A stretch of DNA of 64,000 bases from Cyanidioschyzon merolae (taxonomy: Eukaryota), in assembly GCA_000091205.1 (NCBI GenBank), contig AP006484.2; one strand, 5' to 3'. Each line of letters opens with the position of its first letter. The first letter of the stretch is position 1. Under the pieces are notes generated by a model. It saw only the letters and a program-made list of their open reading frames with translations. It ran no database searches and had not been told where the DNA came from. Below, piece after piece: positions 1 through 9,840 of the stretch. The position numbers and the translations under genes were made by a program.

Positions 1-350
1 AACTTTTCGCGAACTTTGAACGCAGAGAGTATGCACGTGCCGGTACCATCGCGCCAGAAGACGTTCGTTTGGCGGTTGGGGAACCACTTGAAGACCTCCC
101 GGCATCGTCAGGCCCGAAACTACGCGAACTTGGCTTGCCTATTAGCCTCCGTGGCGGCCGTCTCTTCTTGGATGTGATCGCTGGACCGGATAAGCACTTT
201 CTGATTTGCTCGAAAGGAGAGATTCTCAGCGCCGAGCAATGTGTTCTCCTGAGAATGCTCGGCATTCGATTGGCGACGGCTCGCCTTCATCTCCGTTACC
301 GTTGGGATGCAGAGCATTGCAAAGTGGAAGAGCTTGGCGACCAGGAGTAG
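1..350 (+). CDS. 3' end of a gene that starts upstream of the window; the C-terminal fragment resembles the MRT4 / ribosomal uL10 (P0-like) family
   Basis: The frame is open from base 3 to the stop at 348-350. The tail ...SAEQCVLLRMLGIRLATARLHLRYRWD resembles the MRT4/uL10 C-terminal block LEQAQLLRLFGVKMAEFKV..KWMWD. The call rests on a short partial region. Confidence 0.4.
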   Translation, partial: LFANFERREYARAGTIAPEDVRLAVGEPLEDLPASSGPKLRELGLPISLRGGRLFLDVIAGPDKHFLICSKGEILSAEQCVLLRMLGIRLATARLHLRYRWDAEHCKVEELGDQE

Positions 351-1673
351 TTCACGGTCTTGAACGCGGTAACGTGGGATTCTAGCCCAAACTTTGAGAG
401 AAACGGTTCTTCGAGACACGATATATATGCGAAACTGCTGGTGCGTCGTTTCACAATGTAGGCGCAGTGTCTGCCGGAAGCAATGCGCGCACGCTCACAA
501 CGAGAAGCACCTGGGGTCGGTAAGGAAACAAAATCAGCCGGTTTACGGTGGATTATTTACTCGTGTACAACCTTGTGGATCGTTCGTTACGCAGCGGTTC
601 TGTATTTTCTCACGCAACGAATGTTCGCGGTATCTGGAAGACTCCACATATTACCCTGCTGATCGAATGTGATCTGAATCCTGTCGTCCTACGATTCGCT
701 TTCTGGTCGTGAATGCTCCGCGTTCTCGTGCATGCATGGTAGCGTAGCATATGAGTTTGATCTTTCTTCTGGGAAGCAGCTTCCATCGACAGATGCCATT
801 CTGCCTGTCAATGAAAATGAAGCAGAACGGCTCTTTTGCCTGGACTTTATATAGCATGCCTCCTTGGTTCGTGGCGAGCTCCACCCGCGTAGAGGAGCAT
901 TTCCACTAGCGCCGTAGCTTGTACTCAGAAGCAAGGAGCGCCTGTGGAGAGCTATTTCTCGAGTTCCCAGGATCGCTTTTGGACGAAAACTCCGCCAATT
1001 CGGCCTACGGAGGCACGCGAAGCAGACCCTGTCCCATCTGATGAAACCGAGTTATCGGATCGTCCACTTCCGTCATGGATGGACTTTTCGAGCCAGGCGG
1101 CCGAGCCCCGGATTCGATTCAAGAGCAAAACTCTTATCTATGTTTAAAGATGCGGCGGAGCATGACTCGGTTTCACGGAGTATCACGCGTGCCCATTATC
1201 AGACTAGGGAACCCTGGATGATGGAACCAGTACGAACGCTCACTCTAGAGCGCTTTGGTAAAAGCGGCGATCAATTGACTTGCGCACACGGTGACCGTGG
1301 AACCACACAGAACCGCAGCAGGTGCGCGTTTGGTGCCGCTGAGCAGTCTACGTTCTCGGGTCCAACACCACGAGTCCCATGAACAAGAGTAGCCTCAACG
1401 GCGGGGTTGCTGTTCTCAATTCTTGTCACGCGTCTTCGCATGACTTGTCCTGAATCGATGCTTGGTATCTGTACAGATATCCTGTCTGTGCCAGAAAACA
1501 CCAGTGCTCCGTCACCAAACGTCGGTGGCGCGCCTAAAGTCGCCACTTTGAGGTTCGCACCGTTCCCCACGGAGACGGCGTCAGGCACCGGCTTCCGACG
1601 CTGCAATCCAGCCAGACTCGCGATCTCGAAGGGAGGTTCGTCTTGCTTTCCGTGCTCGCCTGTGCAAAAGGTG

Positions 1674-1781
1674 CGGTGAGGACGAGATTCGAACTCGCGC
1701 GCTCAAAGAGCATGTACTTAGCAGGCACACCCGTTAACCATGGCGGTACTTCTGATACAGAAGTATCTCCGGCACCTCACC
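1674..1781 (-). tRNA. tRNA-Ser (anticodon GCU), type II, interrupted by a 26-nt intron in the D-loop
   Basis: On the minus strand the acceptor pairs perfectly over 7 bp (GGTGAGG with CCTCACC) and a G discriminator follows. The T-arm is GCGAG-TTCGAAT-CTCGT. The anticodon stem-loop is TGTGC-CTGCTAA-GTACA with U33 and A37, giving anticodon GCT. The variable hairpin is TGCTCTTTGAGCG. The exons align to canonical eukaryotic tRNA-Ser-GCU (TGCCGGAG / TGGTTAACGGG), but 26 nt (ATACTTCTGTATCAGAAGTACCGCCA, plus-strand 1741-1766, containing an 8-bp hairpin) sit between D-loop positions ~15/16. Confidence 0.65.
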
Positions 1782-1889
1782 GTTAAGTCCTGGGGACCTG
1801 TGCGCAAAACCATATATATACACCCAGATCGCGCGCGATTGGCATCGGCATGATGCGCGTCGCCGGTGGTGATGCTAAGCGCTGCCGGC

Positions 1890-2762
1890 TTACGCATTCG
1901 AGCACTTTACATTAGCTTGATCGAAAATATGGTCGGCCCATTTCTGGTAGCCGACCTCATTTGGATGCACTCCATCAAGGTGCGAGAAAAGTGCCGTAGG
2001 CGCTTCTCCATTCGTCGACAAGGCGGGTATATAACGCACGCGATCTCCAAAACGAGCGGCAACGCGACGCTTCGCGCTGTCGTACTGCTCTGCCACGAAT
2101 GCTAACATGGAACGAAGCGGCTCCATTTGGAATTTGGGGACGTGTTCGATCATGGAACCGTTCACAGCGGGAAGCAAAATGGAGCAATCTGGTGAGAGGC
2201 GGAGGGTTTTGCGCGCGGCCCCTATAAGCGCCGCGAGCCCCTCTTCAAAAGCTGACGGTGAGTACGAACGCCAGGCTCGCTTCCAATCGTTAACCCCACA
2301 AAGAATCACAACCATGTCTATCTTTCGCGCTGGCTCTGGTTCTTGATTGACTTCACGGGATGCGCGCGGCAGTACATGCTCAACCAGGTCCCGCACGGAA
2401 GCTCCGGTCATCCCAACAGCATGCCATTCCACCGGCGCAGATAGCGTACTCGCCAAGCGCTTCGCGAGCCTTCGTGCGAGCACCGGCCCCCCGTGAATGC
2501 AGTTTGTTCCGGGGTTCGACTGGCACGTGCAACCAACGCCAGTCACGAGGCTGTCACCCAGAAACACAACAACACGGGGCACACCCTGTTGGTGAACGCT
2601 CTCTAGGCCGTGGCTCGGACCTCGACACTCTGGTGGCGATCTATATGTCCAGGCAAGTGTTGCTGCCTGTCCTGCTCCAACTGCAGCGATTCCAGAGATT
2701 CCCACCACGAGCGCGCGACAAACACTAGAGAAACGGACAAAAACGCCACCTGCTACCGGCAT
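1890..2762 (-). CDS. SGNH/GDSL-family hydrolase (esterase/lipase-like)
   Basis: Block I is VVVFLGDSLVTGVG with the Ser nucleophile, block III is VILCGVNDW, and block V is HLDGVHPN (DxxH). The ORF is 290 aa. Confidence 0.7.
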   Translation of the reverse strand: MPVAGGVFVRFSSVCRALVVGISGIAAVGAGQAATLAWTYRSPPECRGPSHGLESVHQQGVPRVVVFLGDSLVTGVGCTCQSNPGTNCIHGGPVLARRLAKRLASTLSAPVEWHAVGMTGASVRDLVEHVLPRASREVNQEPEPARKIDMVVILCGVNDWKRAWRSYSPSAFEEGLAALIGAARKTLRLSPDCSILLPAVNGSMIEHVPKFQMEPLRSMLAFVAEQYDSAKRRVAARFGDRVRYIPALSTNGEAPTALFSHLDGVHPNEVGYQKWADHIFDQANVKCSNA

Positions 2763-2923
2763 TCACAGGGTAGAGGTCGCAGGTGCGCGACGGATGAGCT
2801 CTGAGAATAGAGCACCTCTCAGACAGGAGCCACACACTCTCGATATTTGGAGCCTGCTTTTACTGTTCCACTTCAAACTCCTCGCTATGTCGCCATTCCG
2901 GTTTCAAGGTAAACAGGTTTTAT

Positions 2924-2953
2924 CGCTGTTGCTGTTGCTGCTGCTGCTGCTGC
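2924..2953. repeat. (CTG/CTGTTG)n trinucleotide microsatellite
   Basis: The run gctgttgctgttgctgctgctgctgctgcg reads as poly-Leu in the artefactual ORF 2794-3072. Confidence 0.8.
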
Positions 2954-3941
2954 GTTGGTGGTGTACGCTACACCGATCCCCAGCATCGCATCGCATCCAG
3001 TTGCCCGTCGATTCGGACACAGCGCTTGATCCGCAGCGGAGCGCGCACGCCATGTGCGTCGCGCATCGGTGATGCAGCCGATCTTCTCTCAGTACATCCG
3101 GGAGAAAGTACCGGTCGTGTAATTTGAAGACAGCGTGCAGCGTGATGGTCGCTTTCCTGAATGCCAGGATCCATTGTACAAGATGGGATCCACTGTCCAT
3201 GGAAGAGTTCTGTCAAACGAGAAAACCGGCAGTGTCTAGAACGCCCTGCGCATGCGCTCGGGATCAGCAGTGCGTGGCGGATTTGGCATGCCGGCGTGTG
3301 CGAACGCGCGATGGTGATCGCCTCTGTGCACGGGAGTCGGCAGACCTGACGCTCGTGTGGCTGCACATTCGGTGATGCCGAGGAGCGTGCTTGTCGGGCA
3401 AAAAGAACCTTAGACTAGGACGCGTAGCTGGTGATGTACAGGAGTGAGCCTGTTACAGCAGAAACGAAATCTCGGGGACTCGTGGCTTTTGGACGGCGCG
3501 GCGTGTGCTGCCGGCCGGGGCATTCCGCTCAAGTCAGGAGCACTCTGCCGCCGTTATACATTGCGGTATTGCAAGAATATATGATAGAGACGAGCCGGCT
3601 CCGAAATCATGGTCTCACCATACGCGAGAACGATCAAAAAGAATGCATACCCGAAAAAAGTCATCCATGCGTGCAACGCTGTATTCGCGAGTCTCTCAAG
3701 TGTGACGCATGAGTAGAACAGGTGATCGATGCTCGGCGCCGCGTGAACGGCGAAGCGGCGTCGAATGGCACAGGGTCACGAAACGTTGGCATCAACGTGA
3801 CAGGCTGTCGTCCATGCGTGTGTCCATACGTGCGCGCATGCATGCGCGTCTGTCGATGCAGACACGTGCATTCGAAAGCGCCCATATTTCATTTTCGAGT
3901 GTTCTTGTGAAACTTTACCTGCAGGGTTCTTCACCTTCTTC

Positions 3942-4517
3942 ATGTCTCGCATTTACCTACCAAGCATGGAAATGATAAGCCAGCACCTAGATGACGATCC
4001 ACAACTCGAGGAGCCCAAGGACGCATTTCTCCTCACATGGCCAGATGCAAGCTCGAGTGCGAAACCGACGCCGAGTCTGCCGACAGGCGCTCGAGCTCCG
4101 AAAGCTGCACGTGATCGAGAAAACGCAGAGCATGCCATTGAGGCGCCATTACCGAAGAGAAACATGCCTGTCGAGTCCCACGGAGCATGCGAAAAGCACT
4201 GGCAACAACTGACTCTGCAAGTTGAGCGGCTCCAGGCGGATCTCAACTTACTCGAGGGAAACTTTCTGTGCCTCCATCAACAGCTGAGCGGTGTGCTGGA
4301 GCGGATGGATGAACTTGCCGCTGAGAGCCAGGCGAATCCAATATGTACCCCATGGGTACCAGACCCAGTTGGGAGCCTACACCCAACTGAATTCCATCTT
4401 ACGCCGCTGCAAAGCAGCCCATCTGACAGCGGCTCTTCTGCGGATGTTGAATCCACGCTTGCTCCAGAGATGTCTGCGCACTGCAGACAACAAGATGCAG
4501 ACAACTCGTTGAATTAG
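3942..4517 (+). CDS. hypothetical protein with a short coiled-coil segment
   Basis: The ORF is 191 aa and has a heptad-like stretch QQLTLQVERLQADLNLLEGNFLCLHQQLSGVLERMDEL. No recognisable domain was found. Confidence 0.3.
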   Translation: MSRIYLPSMEMISQHLDDDPQLEEPKDAFLLTWPDASSSAKPTPSLPTGARAPKAARDRENAEHAIEAPLPKRNMPVESHGACEKHWQQLTLQVERLQADLNLLEGNFLCLHQQLSGVLERMDELAAESQANPICTPWVPDPVGSLHPTEFHLTPLQSSPSDSGSSADVESTLAPEMSAHCRQQDADNSLN

Positions 4518-4680
4518 GGCAATCATCCAGCATGCAACCTTGTCCATGGAGCAAACAGGGATTCGAGTCGTCGGGAAGGACTTCATAGGATGCTATGGCG
4601 ATAGTCCCACGGGAGCGCTTCCGATCGCATCTGTCAGTCTAAACATTTTCCGTAGCGGCATGAACGAGCCGACTCGTTCG

Positions 4681-5571
4681 CTAGAGTGCAAAACGCTCAA
4701 AGGCTAACACCGAAATCCCCGGACCGATAGCTTCGCGCACTGTTCGCTGTCGACTGCGAGAGCGTTCGTCGGCAGAGTCGGTAACAAGCACTTGGTCCAG
4801 GAGACAGCGCTCAGCGATGAACGCTTCGAACTTGACACTTCTGCGCTGGGGAGGCGAAGCGTTCGCGGCACCCAATTGCCGAGGAGCGCGGAACGCTTCA
4901 TCTTCCGCAGGCATCAGGCTTTCGTAGACGGACGGCTCGATATCGGCCGCGGAAACGTACTGCGGATTCATTGCAGCGATATGCATTGCAACCTGTCGGC
5001 CGAGTGGCGACGGTGCCGAGCAAGCAACCAAAACACCAACGCGTGCGTGATTATGCAAATAGGAATATATTCGACCGTCCCGAAACGTGTCCGGTACTTG
5101 CAAACGGATGCCCCGGTGGACTGTGAGATTCTCGTCAGTCTTTGCGACCGCTTCTCGTAGCTCGTCGCGCAATGCCTCAAGCAGCTCCTGTACATTGGTT
5201 ACCGCTCCGCGCAGGAGCAGCTCTAGTCCGCGCTGACTAACACGTTGGACGACAGGCAACTGGTGCACAAAGTCCGTCTCGGAACGGATCTCTACCATGG
5301 CACCGCACCGTTGATCAGGTGCGACCTCCAGTGCAATGAGCCCACTCCTCGTGCTGCGCTGCGCTTTCTTTCGCATCACGGTCTCTGCGTAGCTTGACAA
5401 AAGCCCCAGTGCTGCGTCCAGCTTGCCGTCACACCGTTCTAATGCCTTTTTACACTCCATAACCGGGGCACCCGTCAGGTCACGAAGCTGACGGATGGAG
5501 GCTGCATTCCAGTTCGGGCTGGAGCTTAACCAGCGCCTGCCAATGTGCAGGAGAAACTGCGACCTAACCAT
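4681..5571 (-). CDS. tsf: elongation factor Ts, organellar (mitochondrial-type)
   Basis: The N-terminal UBA-like EF-Ts signature IRQLRDLTGAPVMECKKALERCDGKLDAALGLL matches EF-Ts LRERTGAGMMDCKKAL.. A basic presequence-like N-terminus MVRSQFLLHIGRRWLSS precedes it. The ORF is 296 aa. Confidence 0.8.
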   Translation of the reverse strand: MVRSQFLLHIGRRWLSSSPNWNAASIRQLRDLTGAPVMECKKALERCDGKLDAALGLLSSYAETVMRKKAQRSTRSGLIALEVAPDQRCGAMVEIRSETDFVHQLPVVQRVSQRGLELLLRGAVTNVQELLEALRDELREAVAKTDENLTVHRGIRLQVPDTFRDGRIYSYLHNHARVGVLVACSAPSPLGRQVAMHIAAMNPQYVSAADIEPSVYESLMPAEDEAFRAPRQLGAANASPPQRRSVKFEAFIAERCLLDQVLVTDSADERSRSRQRTVREAIGPGISVLAFERFAL

Positions 5572-6065
5572 GTTTCAAAAGAAACACTCCCCGAATCAGC
5601 GCCGAACTAAGAAGCGTGCTCAAGTGTGCGTGATCGAGGTTCGAAACAAACCCGGAACGCCCGCTGCGGTACAGTTCCTCGTGCAACTGCGCGCGAAACG
5701 CTTCTCCCGGATGTGCGGGTTGCTTTGAACTGCGAACAACCGAGCGTAGGTTCCCGGCTTCGTTCCGGGCGATCTACGCGAACCGGTTTCCGTGACTCTA
5801 CCGGGCACCTCTTTTCGAGACACGAAACAGCTATCACCGGAAATAAGCGTCGACCTTTTCTAGAAAAGGGCCGGCAGTGACCCGATCTTGCGGTGGAACG
5901 GGCTCGTGAGGCGAGCGCTCTAGCGCCGTGTTCAAGCCTTCTGTCGCTGGCGGACTTGAAGCTGCAGGCGCGCTTTGTGTGGGTTCTTTGCGCAGAGCAC
6001 GTCAGCGTCAGGACGCGCTGTAGAGCTGTTTTCCATAGAAACAGTTCTAGAGTCAAACCGCAGCG

Positions 6066-7460
6066 TTGCCGCGGCGACAGCTCTGGGGTAACTGGGGGCA
6101 CCGCGGTTCGTGCGCTCCCGTGACGTCTGGCGACTGCGTCCTATTTAGGGAAAAAGTACACGAATCAGAACAACCAAACGCCATGACAGGCACAAGGCCT
6201 TGTTCTGAAGAAAACGGCGCAGTCTCCAACGCTTCCTCCGAGACATACGCGAACCTTGATGGGCCATGGGGCTTTGCGATGCCATCGGGGACCCTCGAAC
6301 AGGCTAACTACATGCAACAGTACAGCCAGCTGTACTTTTGTCGTCTGGCAGAAATGCGCAACTTTTACAGCACCTATACAGATATCACGCGAGTTGCGAT
6401 CTCGCAGCTGAACCCCGTTCAGACGCAATGGGTTGTGGGCATCATTTTCAAGCAGATGCCCTTGAAACCCTCGATCCTCAAGAGCTATGCCGACGACATC
6501 ATGCTCACCGTCCCTGAACTGCGTCTCCTGAACTACACATCTGGTGATGATCGCGTATACGTTGAGGACGAGACTGGTCGTATCGAGTGCGTGTTCCACC
6601 CCGAAGACCGCAAACATGATGTCGTCACGGGAATGGTCATTGCGCTGCAAGGGCTGGTAGGCGCGGACGGGCTCTTTCGCGTGAACGAGATCCGACTGCC
6701 GATGCATCCCGCACCGATACCACTGCCTTGTTCGGGACAATCCGCAAAACAGTATATCTGCTTCCTGTCTGGGGTTGATGTTCGCACGCCGGCGGCACAG
6801 CTCTTCCTCGACTACGTTACAGGCTGCCTTGGCGCCGATACCGTCCAACTCGGGGCATGCATGCGAGTGATCGTCGCTGGAAACCTTCGAGGCGAACGAT
6901 CCTTACTCGACCTTTTCCTGAAGACGCTTGCCGAGCACGTGCCCGTGGACCTTATGCCCGGCGAGGAGGACCCCGTGCATGCGGCCTTCCCGCAACAGCC
7001 ATGGCATCGACTCCTGCTTCCCCAGAGCGCCTCGCAGGACGATGCACAGAATCGACTCGTTCGCTGCAGTAATCCGCATGCATTTCAAATCAATGGTTGT
7101 CTCTTCCTGGGAACATCCGGACAGAATGTGAAGAATTTCTGCCGCTTCTCGCGAGTTCGCAACGAACTCGAGGCGCTCCAACGACTTCTCGAATGTGGAC
7201 ATCTCGCACCGACTTGTCCGGATACCATGGCCTGCGTCCCGCGAGGCGACCACGACCCCCTCGTTATCCGCGAGGTTCCGCACGTGCTTTTCACTGGCAA
7301 CGCGGATACCTTCAGGTACCAACAGCGTGTGTTCGGGGCAGCTCGAAACGCAGGGACGGCAGCGCCTGTGACGTTGCTGACGGTTCCACGTTTTGATGCG
7401 ACCGGCACTGCAGTGCTGCTCGCACTGCCTGAATTAACGCCGACGACTTTACAGTTTTAA
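6066..7460 (+). CDS. POLD2: DNA polymerase delta small (B) subunit, POLD2/Pol31 family
   Basis: RCSNPHAFQINGCLFLGTSGQNVKNF, LQRLLECGHLAPTCPDTMACVPRGDHDP, EVPHVLFTGNADTF and LLTVPRFDATGTAVL align block for block with human POLD2 (FLGTSGQNVSDIF, TAPDTLGCYPFYKTDPF, CPHVYFCGNTPSF, LLVTVPDFSATQTA). The true start may be the internal Met at 6183. Confidence 0.9.
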   Translation: MPRRQLWGNWGHRGSCAPVTSGDCVLFREKVHESEQPNAMTGTRPCSEENGAVSNASSETYANLDGPWGFAMPSGTLEQANYMQQYSQLYFCRLAEMRNFYSTYTDITRVAISQLNPVQTQWVVGIIFKQMPLKPSILKSYADDIMLTVPELRLLNYTSGDDRVYVEDETGRIECVFHPEDRKHDVVTGMVIALQGLVGADGLFRVNEIRLPMHPAPIPLPCSGQSAKQYICFLSGVDVRTPAAQLFLDYVTGCLGADTVQLGACMRVIVAGNLRGERSLLDLFLKTLAEHVPVDLMPGEEDPVHAAFPQQPWHRLLLPQSASQDDAQNRLVRCSNPHAFQINGCLFLGTSGQNVKNFCRFSRVRNELEALQRLLECGHLAPTCPDTMACVPRGDHDPLVIREVPHVLFTGNADTFRYQQRVFGAARNAGTAAPVTLLTVPRFDATGTAVLLALPELTPTTLQF

Positions 7461-7471
7461 ATACCCTGTAC

Positions 7472-9217
7472 ATGGTTGCCGAATCGAACGGCTTGTACCT
7501 AGGTCTTGATCTGAGCACGCAATCGCTTGATGCGGTGGTTATCGACCTCGATGACGCCCTGGAAAGCGCCTTCGAAGCGAGTGTGAACTTTGAGACAGAC
7601 CTACCACACTACGGCACGAAGAGCGGGTTTATCTACGACCCGGAGAGCAAGCGTGCGGTGGCACCGACGCTCATGTTTGCCGAGGCGCTCGAACTTGTGC
7701 TCGAAAGACTACGGAGTGCTAAGTGCCCGTTCGAACGCATTAGAGCAGTTTCGGTGTCTGCGCAGCAGCACGGCTCTGTGTATTGGCAGAGGCCTCCGCA
7801 CCTGCCGGATACCGAGAAAGACAGCCAGAAGTCGCTGGTCGCCTGTCTGCAAGAGCCAACGACTGCCTTTGCGGTGCCGTTCAGCCCTATATGGGCGGAC
7901 GCCTCGACAACTGCAGCTTGTAGAGCGATTGAGGCTGCGTATCCTGGTGGAGCGAGGCAACTCGCCCGCGACACCGGTTCCCGTGCCTATGAGCGATACA
8001 CTGCCGCGCAGGTGGTGAACCTCGCGCTCCATCAACCAGCGGCATATCGGCAGACGCAGCGGATTCAAGTTATATCGGCGGGTATGGTATCGATATTGTG
8101 CGGCAACTGGTGTGCCGAGGATGTCGCTGATGCGAGCGGAACGCTGTGGCTGCAGCTAGGTGCGCTGCGGCCGCGCTGGGCTCCCAAAGCGCTCGCTGCA
8201 ACCGAGCAGGCTGCGGGACTCGAGTCCGGCACCTTGCATGGAAAGTTAGCAGAATCACCAGTGCTCTCGTTCACAGCCGCTGGACCAATCGCTCCGTACT
8301 TCTGTCATCGTTTCGGTTTCCGCCCCGAGTGCTTGGTCGTGACTGGAACTGGTGACAATCCCTCATCGGCAGCAGGCCTGGCTATGCGACTGGGTGATGT
8401 GTGTATATCGCTGGGTACTTCGGATACGGCTTTCGGGCGCACGAGCTCATGCGAACCCCAGTTGTTTGGTCACGTTTTTCGCAGCTCACTTGATCCGCTC
8501 GCGTACATGCCGATTCTCGTGTTCTCGAACGGTTCGCTCACCCGTGAGCGCATTCGGGGCCCAGATCGCTCCTGGGAGGACTTTGACGCCTCGCTGGAAC
8601 GCACACCGGCGGGAAACCAGGGCCTCCTAGCACTGCTTACATTTGTGGATGAGATTCTTCCTCGCTTACCTGCCGGTCTGATGTACTTTGCCCAGATCGA
8701 AACGGAATCGACCAGCTCGGCACTCGCGGAGCTGAAACTGGCCCTGCTTCGCCCCGAGGACGTTGCATCACACGATGCCGTTGTTCGTGCTGTGGTAGAG
8801 CAGCGAGCGCTTGCAATCCGCTACTATGGAGAGCGCATCGGGTTACCTTTCCCACCGCAACGTGTTCTGCTCACAGGTGGTGCTTCTCAGTCGCGGGGCA
8901 TCCGAAAAGTGATTGCGGATGTGCTGGGTGCCCCTGTTTATGTTTTGGAACGTGGCAAAGCATCCTTGGATGCGCACGTGACCCCATGGAACACGGCTGC
9001 TCGCGGGGCTGCCCTGCGTGCCGCTTATGTGCAACGCGGTGAACAACAGGAGTTTGCTGACTGGGCTTCAAGCATTCATGCAGTGCGGTATCGCCGGGTT
9101 GCGGAGCCCAATCCCGATGCGTTCCAACTCTACACGAGTGTTATGTTGCCTGCATATGCTCGGTTTGAGGCACTGGTGGATGCGCAGTCTCGAACTGGGC
9201 CAGTTTCCTCCGCGTGA
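7472..9217 (+). CDS. XYLB: xylulose kinase (FGGY carbohydrate kinase family)
   Basis: SVSAQQHGSVYW, FSPIWADASTTAACRAIEAAYPG, DTGSRAYERYTAAQV, VTGTGDNPSSAAGL, SLGTSDT, VFSNGSLTRERIR and LTGGASQSRGIRKVIADVLGAPVYV are collinear with human XYLB. The ORF is 581 aa. Confidence 0.92.
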   Translation: MVAESNGLYLGLDLSTQSLDAVVIDLDDALESAFEASVNFETDLPHYGTKSGFIYDPESKRAVAPTLMFAEALELVLERLRSAKCPFERIRAVSVSAQQHGSVYWQRPPHLPDTEKDSQKSLVACLQEPTTAFAVPFSPIWADASTTAACRAIEAAYPGGARQLARDTGSRAYERYTAAQVVNLALHQPAAYRQTQRIQVISAGMVSILCGNWCAEDVADASGTLWLQLGALRPRWAPKALAATEQAAGLESGTLHGKLAESPVLSFTAAGPIAPYFCHRFGFRPECLVVTGTGDNPSSAAGLAMRLGDVCISLGTSDTAFGRTSSCEPQLFGHVFRSSLDPLAYMPILVFSNGSLTRERIRGPDRSWEDFDASLERTPAGNQGLLALLTFVDEILPRLPAGLMYFAQIETESTSSALAELKLALLRPEDVASHDAVVRAVVEQRALAIRYYGERIGLPFPPQRVLLTGGASQSRGIRKVIADVLGAPVYVLERGKASLDAHVTPWNTAARGAALRAAYVQRGEQQEFADWASSIHAVRYRRVAEPNPDAFQLYTSVMLPAYARFEALVDAQSRTGPVSSA

Positions 9218-9718
9218 ACAGTGTTGTGATTCAGGTGGAGGGCGACGAGCTCGGCTGCGACGGCGTCAGTTCGGGATACTGCACAACACCGCAGACTTAG
9301 TGAAGGGAAGAGATTGCGAGTTTACCTCGGCGATGACTCTCGTCCTGTGCGAGTTTGTCTCCGAGTTCCGGCGGACACGCTGTGTTCCAACTTTTGTTCA
9401 GAGCGCAGCGTTTCCGCGCTCGTTAGAAACTAGGTGCTGAATACCTTGTCTTATGCAAAGCGCGTGCAGAGATTCGGAGACCAGCACCGAGCTATGGAAA
9501 GTCTCACTTGCGTGCATGCGGGCGGGCATTCGAGCGGCAACGTCAGCCGAGCGCTACTTCAACCGAGCGCTTCCAGAAAACCTGGAATCCGTGCGACCAT
9601 ACAGTCTTATGTGACCCTGTTTCAGATAGCGCTTTTTCGCTCAGACGAGAACGTGGATCAGCTGACTGCGTCCCGTTGCAATAAAGCGTTGAACACGAAT
9701 AATGACGTCACGAGTTAA

Positions 9719-9745
9719 CTAGCCAGCCAGCCAGTCAGTCAGTCA

Positions 9746-9801
<56 letters not shown>

Positions 9802-9802
9802 A
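9719..9802. repeat. (CCAG)n tetranucleotide microsatellite, about 20 units, with CCAGT variants at the 5' side
   Basis: It is read directly from the sequence. The minus-strand ORF 9735-10064 translates it as GWLAGWLAGWLA, which is an artefact. Confidence 0.9.
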
Positions 9803-9840
9803 CTGGACCAGTGCCGCAGCCATCTCCTGCTTCGAAAAGG

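Noticed and set aside
4792-5160. A plus ORF of 122 aa inside the EF-Ts locus.
   Set aside because: It is antisense to the well-supported EF-Ts ORF and has no motifs.
5607-6101. An Arg-rich 164-aa minus ORF in the EF-Ts/POLD2 divergent spacer.
   Set aside because: It is low complexity and sits exactly where a bidirectional promoter is expected. It is probably non-coding.
9719-9802. CRISPR-like regular repeats were checked for.
   Set aside because: The only regular array is a 4-bp microsatellite with no spacers, and this is a eukaryotic context. There is no CRISPR array in the window.
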